Positions 11,062-20,243 of a DNA stretch of 64,000 nucleotides are shown here, piece by piece (within the stretch, counting starts at the first letter, position 1; each line of letters begins with the position of its first letter). Both the position numbers and the translations under genes were made by a program. A model generated the notes under the pieces. That model did not search any database and was not told the origin of the DNA. It saw nothing but the letters and a program-made list of their open reading frames with translations. The DNA is from a virus. The DNA lies in the IMG/VR virus record IMGVR_UViG_3300030019_000026. One strand, given 5' to 3'.

Positions 11062-11226
11062 TTATTTTTGGGGATATTCAGGAGTTTTTAGTTCTTTTCC
11101 TTCAATTAAAACCTGATATAATATAGTTTTTATTGTTTCAGATTTTTCTTCAAGATTCTTTATTGCTAGGTAAAGTTCTGTATCTTTTGTAGTATTTTTA
11201 TACGAAAATGTTGTTTGTCTATTCAT
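11062..11226 (-). CDS. 54-aa ribbon-helix-helix-like DNA-binding protein (MNRQTTFSYKNTTKDTELYLAIKNLEEKSETIK...)
   Basis: Translated by hand; GAAAGGA SD; alternating beta-strand pattern then two helices. Confidence 0.55.
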   Translation of the reverse strand: MNRQTTFSYKNTTKDTELYLAIKNLEEKSETIKTILYQVLIEGKELKTPEYPQK

Positions 11227-11373
11227 ACTTAAATTTTCCTTTCATACTTCTTATACTAATATTTTATGTAATACTTAATAAAGTGTTACTAAATTTATCA
11301 ATACTTTTACCAAAACTTACTAAAAAACATTGAATTTTACATAATTATCAGTAGTTTTTATTAAAAAAGGTAT

Positions 11374-11411
11374 AAAAATAGCACCTACTCTATTTTACTA
11401 AAGTAGGTGCT
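11374..11411 (-). terminator. Intrinsic terminator after tubZ
   Basis: AGCACCTACT / AGTAGGTGCT 10-bp stem with a T-tract on the minus strand. Confidence 0.75.
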
Positions 11412-11421
11412 TGGACTTTAG

Positions 11422-12507
11422 TTATCTTTTGAAATCATTCATTGCTCTACTAAATAAATTATCTATATCATCATCATCTATAATATCTTCAAATTTAGTC
11501 TCTTCTATAGTTTCAGATTTTTCATTAGTTTTAGTGTTGTTAGTATGTTTGGATTTAAAAGAAAAACCACGATTTTTATTTTTTCCTTTTTTTAATTCTC
11601 TTTCTGTTAATTCTGATTCAATGTCTTCTATATCGTCATTTGGAGTTTCACAACCACCAAGACAAATTAAGTTACTTTTTCCATAAGTTTTAAACATTGT
11701 TTTATCAGCATTTATTAATTCAAGTATATCTGCTATATTGTATTTTTCTGTAACATTTATAGCTCCATACTCACAGTCTAAATCATTTGGCAGTGCAAAT
11801 ACACTTTTTTCTTGAGCTTCACTTATTGCATCCTCTAATGAACTATAATTAGTTGGTAATTGCAATACAATTCCATATCCTTTAGACGTAGTAACATTAG
11901 TTAAATTATCCTCATCTATACTACCAATTGCATCATGTCCTAACATACTATAGGATTTATTTATTAATTTAATTGATTCAGTATTAATTTCTTCATATGT
12001 GTCACGTTTGTTATTATTAATAAATTTTATATCATTAATTAAATTAGATATTTCTGATAATTCTTCACAACATTCTAAAGCATTTTTTAATTGTAAGTTG
12101 TCTTCCTTAAGACTTGGCAAAACTCCAACAACATTAATTATCATATTAGGAAATATCTTTTTAATAGTTCTTATAAATTCAGGTACAGTACCTGATCCAG
12201 TCCCTCCACCCATTGCCGTGAATATTAAAATATATTTAAACTGAGCATATTTTTTTAAAAAAGAAGCTAATCTAACTTGGTCATTTAATATAAATTTATT
12301 TGCTCTTTCTCTATTTCTTCCTGACCCGTCTGCTCCACCATAAATAAAAACATTACTATCAATATCAGCAAAACGAAGTCCTTTTATATCTCCTAAACTT
12401 GAATTAATATAAATACTTGTATATCTTTCATTTACTGTTCTCATTAAATCTGCTAATACATTACCACATTGCCCTAAACCAGCTATTAATAGATTATCAC
12501 GTTTCAT
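11422..12507 (-). CDS. tubZ: Tubulin/FtsZ-family partition GTPase TubZ
   Basis: GLGQCGN, GADGSGRNRERA, tubulin signature MGGGTGSG, DEDN T7 loop and acidic tail; layout like c-st TubZ. Confidence 0.92.
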   Translation of the reverse strand: MKRDNLLIAGLGQCGNVLADLMRTVNERYTSIYINSSLGDIKGLRFADIDSNVFIYGGADGSGRNRERANKFILNDQVRLASFLKKYAQFKYILIFTAMGGGTGSGTVPEFIRTIKKIFPNMIINVVGVLPSLKEDNLQLKNALECCEELSEISNLINDIKFINNNKRDTYEEINTESIKLINKSYSMLGHDAIGSIDEDNLTNVTTSKGYGIVLQLPTNYSSLEDAISEAQEKSVFALPNDLDCEYGAINVTEKYNIADILELINADKTMFKTYGKSNLICLGGCETPNDDIEDIESELTERELKKGKNKNRGFSFKSKHTNNTKTNEKSETIEETKFEDIIDDDDIDNLFSRAMNDFKR

Positions 12508-12785
12508 TATTTAACATCTCCCTTTTTACTATATATTTCTTTTAATCTTTCTACACCTTTAGGTAGGATATAATAAGTTTTTGTATTCACCAATTTTACA
12601 CCTTCAGCTATTAGTTCATATTCCATTAAAGCATTTAATGCACGATTTACTGTGCTTGAACTTAAATTTATTTTTTTAGCTATCATATCTTTTGTCATTC
12701 CCCTAGCTTCACATAAACCTAAGTCGTCTTGCTTGTTCCTAACAGCACTTAATACTAAAAATGAGTTACTGTTTAAAATAGACAC
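12507..12785 (-). CDS. tubR: Winged-HTH centromere-binding protein TubR
   Basis: 92 aa with HTH (MTKDMIAKKINLSSSTVNRALNAL) and wing (KTYYI); coupled to tubZ; GGAGG SD and GTG start. Confidence 0.8.
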   Translation of the reverse strand: MSILNSNSFLVLSAVRNKQDDLGLCEARGMTKDMIAKKINLSSSTVNRALNALMEYELIAEGVKLVNTKTYYILPKGVERLKEIYSKKGDVK

Positions 12786-12873
12786 TTGGTAATACCTCCT
12801 TCATATGTTCGTATTTCTATTATATTCAAGTTATTATCAAAATGCAACCATAACTTTTTAAATATTATTATAT

Positions 12874-12962
12874 CTATTCATGTATTAGTCATTACTATTC
12901 ATAAAATAGTCAAATTAACCTATTAACTATTCATGTTTTGACTACTTTGTGAATAGTAATGA
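12874..12962. promoter_or_regulatory. Putative tubS centromere
   Basis: CTATTCAT x3; 13-bp perfect inverted repeat TCATTACTATTCA (12889) / TGAATAGTAATGA (12950); TAGTCAA / TTGACTA pair; directly upstream of tubR. Confidence 0.65.
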
Positions 12963-13071
12963 TATTTATTAGAATTTTTATAGTTTTATATAAAATTATT
13001 TGGATATTACAAGAATTTATATGATTAATATATAGTTATTGTATAATTTATGTGATAATTATTTGAATAAT

Positions 13072-13153
13072 TAAATTAAACTAAACTAAAATTACCAATA
13101 TATTAAATTAAACTAAATTAAATATTTAATAGTTATAATGTAAATTAAACTAA
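13072..13153 (+). repeat. Three exact TAAATTAAACTAA direct repeats upstream of tubY
   Basis: Copies at 13072, 13104 and 13141. Confidence 0.6.
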
Positions 13154-13279
13154 TACATCTAAACTTTTAAACTAATGTAATGTTATAATTTTACTAAATT
13201 AAAGTCAATTAATTTCTTTACTTTAATTTAATTATATGTTATTTTTATATTAATTTAGTTTAATAGGGAGGTATTATTA

Positions 13280-13978
13280 ATGAATTTTGATGATGTTTCT
13301 TATGTAGGTGTGCCAGATGATTCTGAATGTATAAAAAATGCCGTTCAAATAGGTAAAGAATTAGATATACCACCTCATGTAATACGTTCATGGGCTGATG
13401 AATTTGAAGAGTTTTTATATGTAAAGAAGATAAATGGTAGACTAACGTATACTCAAAAATCAGTAGATCAGTTTGAATGGATAAAAGCTATGCGTGATAA
13501 GGGATATGGTATAAAACATATTAGAGAACAATTAAAAGTAAAAGGTTTTACTGATAATAATGATTTAGGCTTAATAAATACCAATGATATTAGTTTAATG
13601 GAGTCAATACGAACAGATGTGGGAATCGAAGTTAAAAATCAATTGAAAGATTTTTTAATGGAATTTAAAAATTTACAAGAACAAATTGAATTGCAAAAAG
13701 AAGAAAGTAGAAAAATAGAATTAGAATTGGTAATTGATGAGCATAATCAAATGTCTGAAGAAAATATGAAAAAACACATTGATGAAAAGATACTAAATCA
13801 AAGTAGCTTAATAAAAAATGAGTTTGAAAAAATCAAAGAAAGAGATGTAACCTTAGTTGAAAACTTAAGAGAAACACTTAAAGATGAGAAGATTAAAGCT
13901 TTGGAATTTGAAATAGAACAATTAAAAAATCAGCAACCAAAATCTTTTATATACAGAATATTCCATCTGAAGAAGTAA
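13280..13978 (+). CDS. tubY: TubY-like MerR-type HTH plus coiled-coil partition accessory protein
   Basis: N-terminal MerR-like HTH (LDIPPHVIRSWADEF...GRLTYT), long coiled coil and amphipathic C-terminus (FIYRIFHLKK); divergent from tubRZ. Confidence 0.75.
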   Translation: MNFDDVSYVGVPDDSECIKNAVQIGKELDIPPHVIRSWADEFEEFLYVKKINGRLTYTQKSVDQFEWIKAMRDKGYGIKHIREQLKVKGFTDNNDLGLINTNDISLMESIRTDVGIEVKNQLKDFLMEFKNLQEQIELQKEESRKIELELVIDEHNQMSEENMKKHIDEKILNQSSLIKNEFEKIKERDVTLVENLRETLKDEKIKALEFEIEQLKNQQPKSFIYRIFHLKK

Positions 13979-14355
13979 TTAAGTAACATAAATATAATAT
14001 TGTCGATTAAGGAATTATATTCTGACACTCTAACATGCTCTAGGAATAGAGATAGGAGTTTTAAGGTAATAGTTGTTGTCTTAAGATTTGAAGGCTTAGA
14101 AGTTACGATAAGGTGGTTTTAGTCAAAGGAATAATTATAAGCTATTTTAGTCGGTATTCAATCCAATTATTATTTAGATTTCTATTTTATAATGACTAAA
14201 TACCGACTTACTATTTTAGGAACAGAAAAGAGAAGAGTTGTGTTGTTTTATTCCTTTTTAGTGAATAGTCTAAAGACTATTTTAAGAAGAGAATAGTTTA
14301 AATAGAATATAGGGGGCTGAAAACAATTGGTATAAGACACTTTGAAGTGCATTCG

Positions 14356-14571
14356 GTCGGTAATCAATCTACTATTGGTCGGTATTTTATCTGTTAGTAA
14401 TGTGTTAGTAGTCGGTATTTTATCTATGTATAGTCGGTATTTTATCTATACAATGTCGGCATTTTATCATATAATATTACTTATAAACACCTAGATTCAA
14501 CATAAACTGTGGAAAACTTACGCAACATATTGATATTATCGTAATTTTATTGTGGATAAACTTGTGGAAAA
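14356..14571 (+). promoter_or_regulatory. Iteron-type replication origin: five phased GTCGGTATTTTATCT-type iterons and three DnaA boxes
   Basis: Iterons at 14356, 14378, 14411, 14433 and 14455 (22/33/22/22 bp spacing); TGTGGAAAA at 14508 and 14563; TGTGGATAA at 14551. Confidence 0.85.
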
Positions 14572-14581
14572 GGAGATTCTT

Positions 14582-15898
14582 ATGGGTAAATCTAGTAGCA
14601 AAAATAAAGAAGCATTTAAATCAGTAATTGGAAAAACTAAAGTCATAAAATTAAGGAATGGTGAATCTATAATGGACGGAAACTCAGTTCAAACTCCATT
14701 TTTAGCACCATATCGAATTGCAAAAGATGATAAAGGAAAGCCTATGCCAATAACATTTGTTGAATATGAATGGACTGCTATTGAAGATGGTGTAGAAATA
14801 AAAAGGGGAATTGAAGTTAGTGGTCATGGTGCGTTAGGTGTACCTACCTTAAAAGACAAAGAGACTTTAAGAGCATTACAGGACATTTATGTATGGAGTA
14901 AAATAGATAAAGGTATACTAGAATTAGAAATAGATGAAAGCAAGGTTACTGAGTCTGACTTGATGATAGATTTTATTTCTATAGATAATATAGCGACCTC
15001 ATTAGGATATAATAGTACTAGTGGGCAACAAAGAAGTGCTATCAAGGAATCTATTGAAAGATTGGTAGGTACAAAAATATCTAGCAAACACCATGGAGGA
15101 TTATATGATCCAGTAAAAAAGAGATATATTACCGACTCAAAAAAAACTTTTAGTTATTTAGATAGTATGGAAAATTATATTGAATATGATTGTGATAATT
15201 GCTTATATTTTAATGGTTGTCATAGGAATACTGACAATTGTTTAAATGAAGAACATCAGAGAAAAGACGTTACTAAAATCAAAATGAGTATGTTTTTATA
15301 TCTTAGTATAGCTAATAATTATAGACTTTATTATAATAGAGATAAAGCTAATGAAATCAAAAATCTAATTTCTAAAAATATATATTTAATTTCTCGTAAA
15401 TGGCTAGGAGACGGGTATATATCTAGGGCTAATATACAAAAGTATATGGATAGAATACCTATGAATGCTAAACAGGAGAAACATAGAAAGCAAGCTATTA
15501 AAGAAGGTATAGATATTTTAAATGAATATGATTTTGTTGAATCTTCTATTGAAAAGGATATAATTAAGATTGTTCATTTGGATAAAAAACCGACTAAATT
15601 TAAAGAAGTCGCTTTGGATAAAATGCCGACTAAAGATAGTAGTTATTTTAAAGATAGATACTGTACTTTTAGTGAACTAAGAGAAGGACTATTAGAAATA
15701 GGAATTACTGAATTGGAATTTAGTAGTATTGTAGATGGTAATATTGAGAAAATAGAATATATCAAGGCTTTACTTAGATATGTGATGCTAAAAAATGCGT
15801 ATAATAAAAATATAGATCCAAGGGAGTATTTTTTGAATTGTTGGTATAAAGAAGGTGGGATTACCATTGATAAGAAATATTATGATGAAATTAATTAA
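14582..15898 (+). CDS. Plasmid-type replication initiator (Rep)
   Basis: Adjacent to iterons; motifs GHGALGVPTLKD and SIDNIATSLGY...IKESIERL resemble RepA_N/Rep-type wHTH initiators. The ATG at 14582 has an AAGGAG SD. Confidence 0.75.
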   Translation: MGKSSSKNKEAFKSVIGKTKVIKLRNGESIMDGNSVQTPFLAPYRIAKDDKGKPMPITFVEYEWTAIEDGVEIKRGIEVSGHGALGVPTLKDKETLRALQDIYVWSKIDKGILELEIDESKVTESDLMIDFISIDNIATSLGYNSTSGQQRSAIKESIERLVGTKISSKHHGGLYDPVKKRYITDSKKTFSYLDSMENYIEYDCDNCLYFNGCHRNTDNCLNEEHQRKDVTKIKMSMFLYLSIANNYRLYYNRDKANEIKNLISKNIYLISRKWLGDGYISRANIQKYMDRIPMNAKQEKHRKQAIKEGIDILNEYDFVESSIEKDIIKIVHLDKKPTKFKEVALDKMPTKDSSYFKDRYCTFSELREGLLEIGITELEFSSIVDGNIEKIEYIKALLRYVMLKNAYNKNIDPREYFLNCWYKEGGITIDKKYYDEIN

Positions 15899-15939
15899 GT
15901 CGGTAATCAATCGGAATTTCATGTGTCGGTATTTAATCT
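15899..15939 (+). repeat. Two extra iterons downstream of rep (copy-control / incompatibility type)
   Basis: GTCGGTAATCAATC at 15899 and GTCGGTATTTAATCT at 15925. Confidence 0.7.
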
Positions 15940-15954
15940 AAGAAAAATATAAAT

Positions 15955-15982
15955 AAAAGGACTAAATTTAATAGTCTTTTTA
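15955..15982 (+). terminator. Intrinsic terminator after rep
   Basis: AAAAGGACTA...TAGTCTTTTT hairpin. Confidence 0.65.
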
Positions 15983-16060
15983 TTTATAAAAAAAGAATTG
16001 ATTTGAAATAAATTAAAGAAAATAATATTTGACATTTACATATAAAAGGAGTAATATATA

Positions 16061-16170
16061 AGTAAGGGATAGTTTAGACTGATCATCTAAATAAAAGACG
16101 TTTTAATCAACCTACGTTTTCCCTTATTCGTAAATAGGTTGATAATAAATTAAACAAGAAAGGTTGATTT
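16061..16170 (+). ncRNA. Structured three-way-junction 5' leader (copy A)
   Basis: P1 16061-69/16120-28; P2 loop CTGATCA; P3 loop complementary to 16136-43 and 16161-69. Promoter TTGACA(16030)-17-TAATAT. Confidence 0.6.
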
Positions 16171-16174
16171 AAAA

Positions 16175-17581
16175 ATGAAAGAAAAAACAGAAATAGTAAA
16201 AAAGGAATTATCATTAGAATACCTACCACATAGAGGTAAGTTAATTAACTGGAAAGAATTAGTAGGTAAATTTGTACATTTTGTATATGGAGACATTGAG
16301 GGATTTATTGAGATTGTAGAATATTATATAGAAGAAAATAAAATTAAAACAAGATATAAAGACATAGAATATATAACAACAACTAGTAATTTTCAAAAAA
16401 TAAAAATCTCGAATTGTTTAGGGATAAAAAGAAAAAACAGTAAAAAAGTAGGGTTTGAATATAATGTAGGGGATATTATAACCACCAATAATGGTAAAAT
16501 TAAAATAATAAAACAAATTAGAGTTGGAGAAAAAAATATAAGAAGTTATGAGTATAAGTGCTTAATAGATGGAGATATAGATACCATAAGAGAATATGAT
16601 TTAATTAAAGGTTGTGGTTGTAAAGTTTGTTCAAATCATAAAGTAGTGAAAGGTATAAATGACATTGCAACTACTCACCCATATTTAGTGAAGTATTTCA
16701 AAAACATAGAAGATACTTATACTCATTCATACGGAAGTAAAGATAATTTTATATTCAAATGTCCAGACTGTGGTTGCGAAAAAGAAATGATAATAGTATT
16801 TTTTATTAAGCAAAATTATTGTTGTCCTAAATGCAGTGATGGAATTTCTGTGGCACAAAAGATAATGTTTAATATTTTTGAACAGTTAAACGTAGATTTT
16901 ATAACTGAATATAATCCTGATTGGATTAAACCTAGAAGGTATGATTTTTACTTTAAAATACAAGATAAAAAATACATACTTGAAACAGATGGTGGTTGGC
17001 ATATAAAAGATAATAATAGAAGTGGACAAACCAAGGAAAAATCTAAGTCAATAGATGATTATAAGGATGAGCAAGCTGTTTTAAATGGTATTGAAAAACC
17101 AATTAGAATAGATTGTAATTATGGAAGTAAGGATAGATTTGAATATATCAGACAAAATATATTAAATAGTAAAAAACTAAATAAATTATTTGATTTAAGT
17201 AAAATTGATTGGAATAAATGTTTTGATTTTTCATTATCATCAAGAATAAAAGAAGCTTGTGAATATAAGAAAAATAATCCTAATATGGCTACTGGTGATA
17301 TAAGTAAAATAATGAAATTATCACAAAGTAGTATAACAAATTTTCTCAAAGTGGGAAATGAAATGGGTTTATGTTATTATGACACTAAAGAAGAAATTAA
17401 AAAAAGTGGAAAGATAAATAGTAAAAAAGTTATTTGTTTAGATGATGGATTGATTTTTGATTCAGCTAGAGAAGCAGGACGATTTTATAAATGTCATGGA
17501 AACAAAGTTTCAGCAGTATGTCGTGGAGAAAGACAGTCTACTGGAGAGCGACATTTTTCATATAATAACATAACCAAATAA
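16175..17581 (+). CDS. Free-standing homing-endonuclease-like protein (Zn-ribbon + PD-(D/E)xK/DUF559-like + NUMOD1-type HTH)
   Basis: CKVC...GINDIATTHP, CPDCG, CPKC; YDFY...ILETDGGWH; C-terminal FDSAREA...VSAVCRG. Confidence 0.7.
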   Translation: MKEKTEIVKKELSLEYLPHRGKLINWKELVGKFVHFVYGDIEGFIEIVEYYIEENKIKTRYKDIEYITTTSNFQKIKISNCLGIKRKNSKKVGFEYNVGDIITTNNGKIKIIKQIRVGEKNIRSYEYKCLIDGDIDTIREYDLIKGCGCKVCSNHKVVKGINDIATTHPYLVKYFKNIEDTYTHSYGSKDNFIFKCPDCGCEKEMIIVFFIKQNYCCPKCSDGISVAQKIMFNIFEQLNVDFITEYNPDWIKPRRYDFYFKIQDKKYILETDGGWHIKDNNRSGQTKEKSKSIDDYKDEQAVLNGIEKPIRIDCNYGSKDRFEYIRQNILNSKKLNKLFDLSKIDWNKCFDFSLSSRIKEACEYKKNNPNMATGDISKIMKLSQSSITNFLKVGNEMGLCYYDTKEEIKKSGKINSKKVICLDDGLIFDSAREAGRFYKCHGNKVSAVCRGERQSTGERHFSYNNITK

Positions 17582-17888
17582 CACCTTATATCAGATTCAT
17601 TTACTTAAACATCAAAATAACCCTCAATTTCAAGACTTGTCCCATCAAAGGTATTAGTTGTTGTCTAAAAATAGAACGCCTTAGAGAGCCAAATGAATGC
17701 GTTTAATCCCTATATATAAATATATGCGAGATGTAGTAGAAATATTACATCTTTTTTATGTTTTTAATTATCTTTTAATAAAAGTAGTTTTGTGTAAGAA
17801 AAATCATAGATTAATAAATTAATAGAAATAAGTATTGAATTAATTATAATAATATGGTAGTATAGGAATTAGGAAAGGAGGGTAAATA

Positions 17889-18755
17889 ATGAGCGAAAAA
17901 TTTATAATGATACCTAATGACTTTATAAATGGAGATAAAAAATTAGAATCTAATAAGTTATTATTATTAACTATATTACTGCAAGGTAGAAGTGGAAGTG
18001 ATACTTGTTTATTTAGTGTGAGATACCTATGCCAAAGATTAAATACAACTACTGGCAATACTAATAGAACCAAATATATTATAGATACTTTAAAGTATTT
18101 TCAGGACAATGAAATATTATTCTTTAGTGATAACATAGAATGTGATAATGAAATAAATATAGAAGAAACAACTAAACAAAATAAAACAGATATATTCTTT
18201 GCTGAATTAATAAATGATATGGAGAATAATTTTACCATACTATATTATAAAGAGTTGAAAGCAATATTGGATTATTGTAATGATCATAAAATTGACAGAT
18301 ATTTAATTACACATTTATATCTATACATAATGAGATTAATAGAAAATAATGAACAATCAGAAATATATAAATTAGCATTTCCATCAATAGAAGGAATAGC
18401 CGTATTATTAGATATAAGCGAGAATACAGTATTAAAATACATAAAGGCTTTAAAAGATGGAATGGGATTATTATATTATGATAATATAGGCTATAAAATA
18501 GTTAATGGAAAATATAAAGCAACTAAAACATATTATTGCAGAATGGTAGATAAAGAATTATTAGACAATAGAATATTAATTGAAAATAAAGATAAGTCTG
18601 TAATACCATTGAATAAGCAAGAGAAAAGTAAAATAAATAATAAAAGATCATTAAAACAAAAGATTAATATTTTAAATAAAAAGGTAGATAAGACAGAAAA
18701 TGAAATAGAAATATTAAAATCACTAGAAGACCAATACAAAAAACTAATAAAATAA
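17889..18755 (+). CDS. Tandem winged-HTH, replication-protein-like DNA-binding protein
   Basis: FSVRYLCQRL and AFPSIEGIAVLLDISENTVLKYIKAL HTH segments. Confidence 0.55.
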   Translation: MSEKFIMIPNDFINGDKKLESNKLLLLTILLQGRSGSDTCLFSVRYLCQRLNTTTGNTNRTKYIIDTLKYFQDNEILFFSDNIECDNEINIEETTKQNKTDIFFAELINDMENNFTILYYKELKAILDYCNDHKIDRYLITHLYLYIMRLIENNEQSEIYKLAFPSIEGIAVLLDISENTVLKYIKALKDGMGLLYYDNIGYKIVNGKYKATKTYYCRMVDKELLDNRILIENKDKSVIPLNKQEKSKINNKRSLKQKINILNKKVDKTENEIEILKSLEDQYKKLIK

Positions 18756-19125
18756 AAGACACAAAAAGAAAAACTAATGCGTCAGCAAGAAAATCTTATT
18801 AGTAAATTTAGTTATATTAGTATTTAGTATTATTAGTTAACTTCATTCTGAATGGGTCTCAGACAAAACGACTCAAGTCGGAGTTTGCTGATAACAATAA
18901 GGTCTTATAAAATAGATATAGTCCTTTATGCTCTCAGACTAAAATGACGTTATTTGACTTGATAGTGTTAGCTAAAAAAGTGCAAATCAACATTTAAACA
19001 AATTAAAAGAAATAAGCTTGACAAAGTTAAATAATAGTAGTAGAATAAAGATATGGAAAAGATAGTAATTAAATCACTAAACTTCCATAGTAATCAATAA
19101 ACAAATTAATGCGAACAGAAAGAAG

Positions 19126-19341
19126 GTGAGGATTATGAGTAATGTAATTCAATTTGCATCATTTAAATCAAGAAAGGAGGAATTAGACTTATATGAAAGG
19201 AATCAAGCTAGATTTGATGAATTGAAACCAAGGAGTTTTAGTCAAACTTTGAATTCTGAAGAAGAAATTGAGTTTGATGAATTATATAACTGGTTACAAA
19301 TACATAATACAGACAAAAATACAACAAAAGTGGCTTACTAG
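19126..19341 (+). CDS. Hypothetical protein
   Basis: 71-aa ORF with AAGGTGAGG SD. Confidence 0.55.
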   Translation: MRIMSNVIQFASFKSRKEELDLYERNQARFDELKPRSFSQTLNSEEEIEFDELYNWLQIHNTDKNTTKVAY

Positions 19342-19380
19342 AATAAAATAAATTAATAGTATTAAAAAGGAGTGAATTAA

Positions 19381-19998
19381 TTGGTTATTGTTATAGATTT
19401 AGATAGTACAACCATAGATACTTGTAAATCAATAATTAACTTACATAACAAACTAAATGATAAAAAGATATTATATCAAGATAATTACACATGGAACTTC
19501 TCACCGATGATAAAAAACAAGGAAGAATTAAGTGAATTGTTTAAATTATTTGACCATGAGGATTTCTATGGAGATACATTAGTTGTATTTAATAAAGCTA
19601 TAGAAATAATAAAGGAGTTATCTAATGACAACATTGTAAAAATAGCAACAAAACATGATATGTTAAGACGACCAATAACACAAAGATGGATAAAAGAAAC
19701 TTTTCCAAATGTAGAATTAATATTTTTAGACAGTTTTGATAAATCAAGCGTAGGTAAATGTGATATATTCATTGATGATAAAATAGAAGCAATTGAGAGC
19801 ATGAATGGTTTAGCTGATTATAGAGTAGTATTTGGAGTTTATGACTGGAATAAACAATACAATGGTTTAAGATCAAGTGATTGGAGTGAATTATATAAAA
19901 TGATTAAAAATATTGAGAATACAATAAAAAATAACAAATTAATAGAAATAAGTAATAATAAGAAAGAAAAGGATGGTATAGAAAGATGGGAATTTTAA
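19381..19998 (+). CDS. HAD-superfamily 5'(3')-deoxyribonucleotidase (NT5C-like)
   Basis: IVIDLDST motif I, IATK motif II, DIFIDDK motif IV. Confidence 0.8.
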   Translation: MVIVIDLDSTTIDTCKSIINLHNKLNDKKILYQDNYTWNFSPMIKNKEELSELFKLFDHEDFYGDTLVVFNKAIEIIKELSNDNIVKIATKHDMLRRPITQRWIKETFPNVELIFLDSFDKSSVGKCDIFIDDKIEAIESMNGLADYRVVFGVYDWNKQYNGLRSSDWSELYKMIKNIENTIKNNKLIEISNNKKEKDGIERWEF

Positions 19999-20204
19999 AA
20001 GTAACAGAACAAAGGAAAAATTTTAATAGAGAATGGAATCAATATTTAGGAGGGTTTTACGATGATTACAGTTATTTAGATGAATATAGTACGGGGAGTA
20101 AGTGTGATTGGATGACGGAGGCATATCTACTGGGTATAGATGTAACAGGGAAATTAAAACCATCAGACATACATAAAGTTAAGAGATATAATAAAGATAA
20201 GTAA
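19986..20204 (+). CDS. Hypothetical protein
   Basis: 72-aa ORF overlapping the previous gene. Confidence 0.5.
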   Translation: MGILKVTEQRKNFNREWNQYLGGFYDDYSYLDEYSTGSKCDWMTEAYLLGIDVTGKLKPSDIHKVKRYNKDK

Positions 20205-20243
20205 TACATATTAATAAATTAATAGAAATAAGGAGGAAATATA

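Noticed and set aside
10820-11290. Sporulation sigma-factor (sigF/sigK-like) promoters around the ATPase cassette
   Set aside because: Partial matches exist (GAATA-14-GGTTAGACTA; AACA-16-CATATACT), but spacing is imperfect and such matches are common in AT-rich DNA.
12874-14470. Repeat arrays as a CRISPR array
   Set aside because: Units are 8-15 bp with short non-unique spacing and no cas genes. They are better explained as tubS and iterons.
14552-14581. GTG start of rep given by the ORF track
   Set aside because: It lies inside a DnaA box and has no SD. ATG 14582 has AAGGAG.
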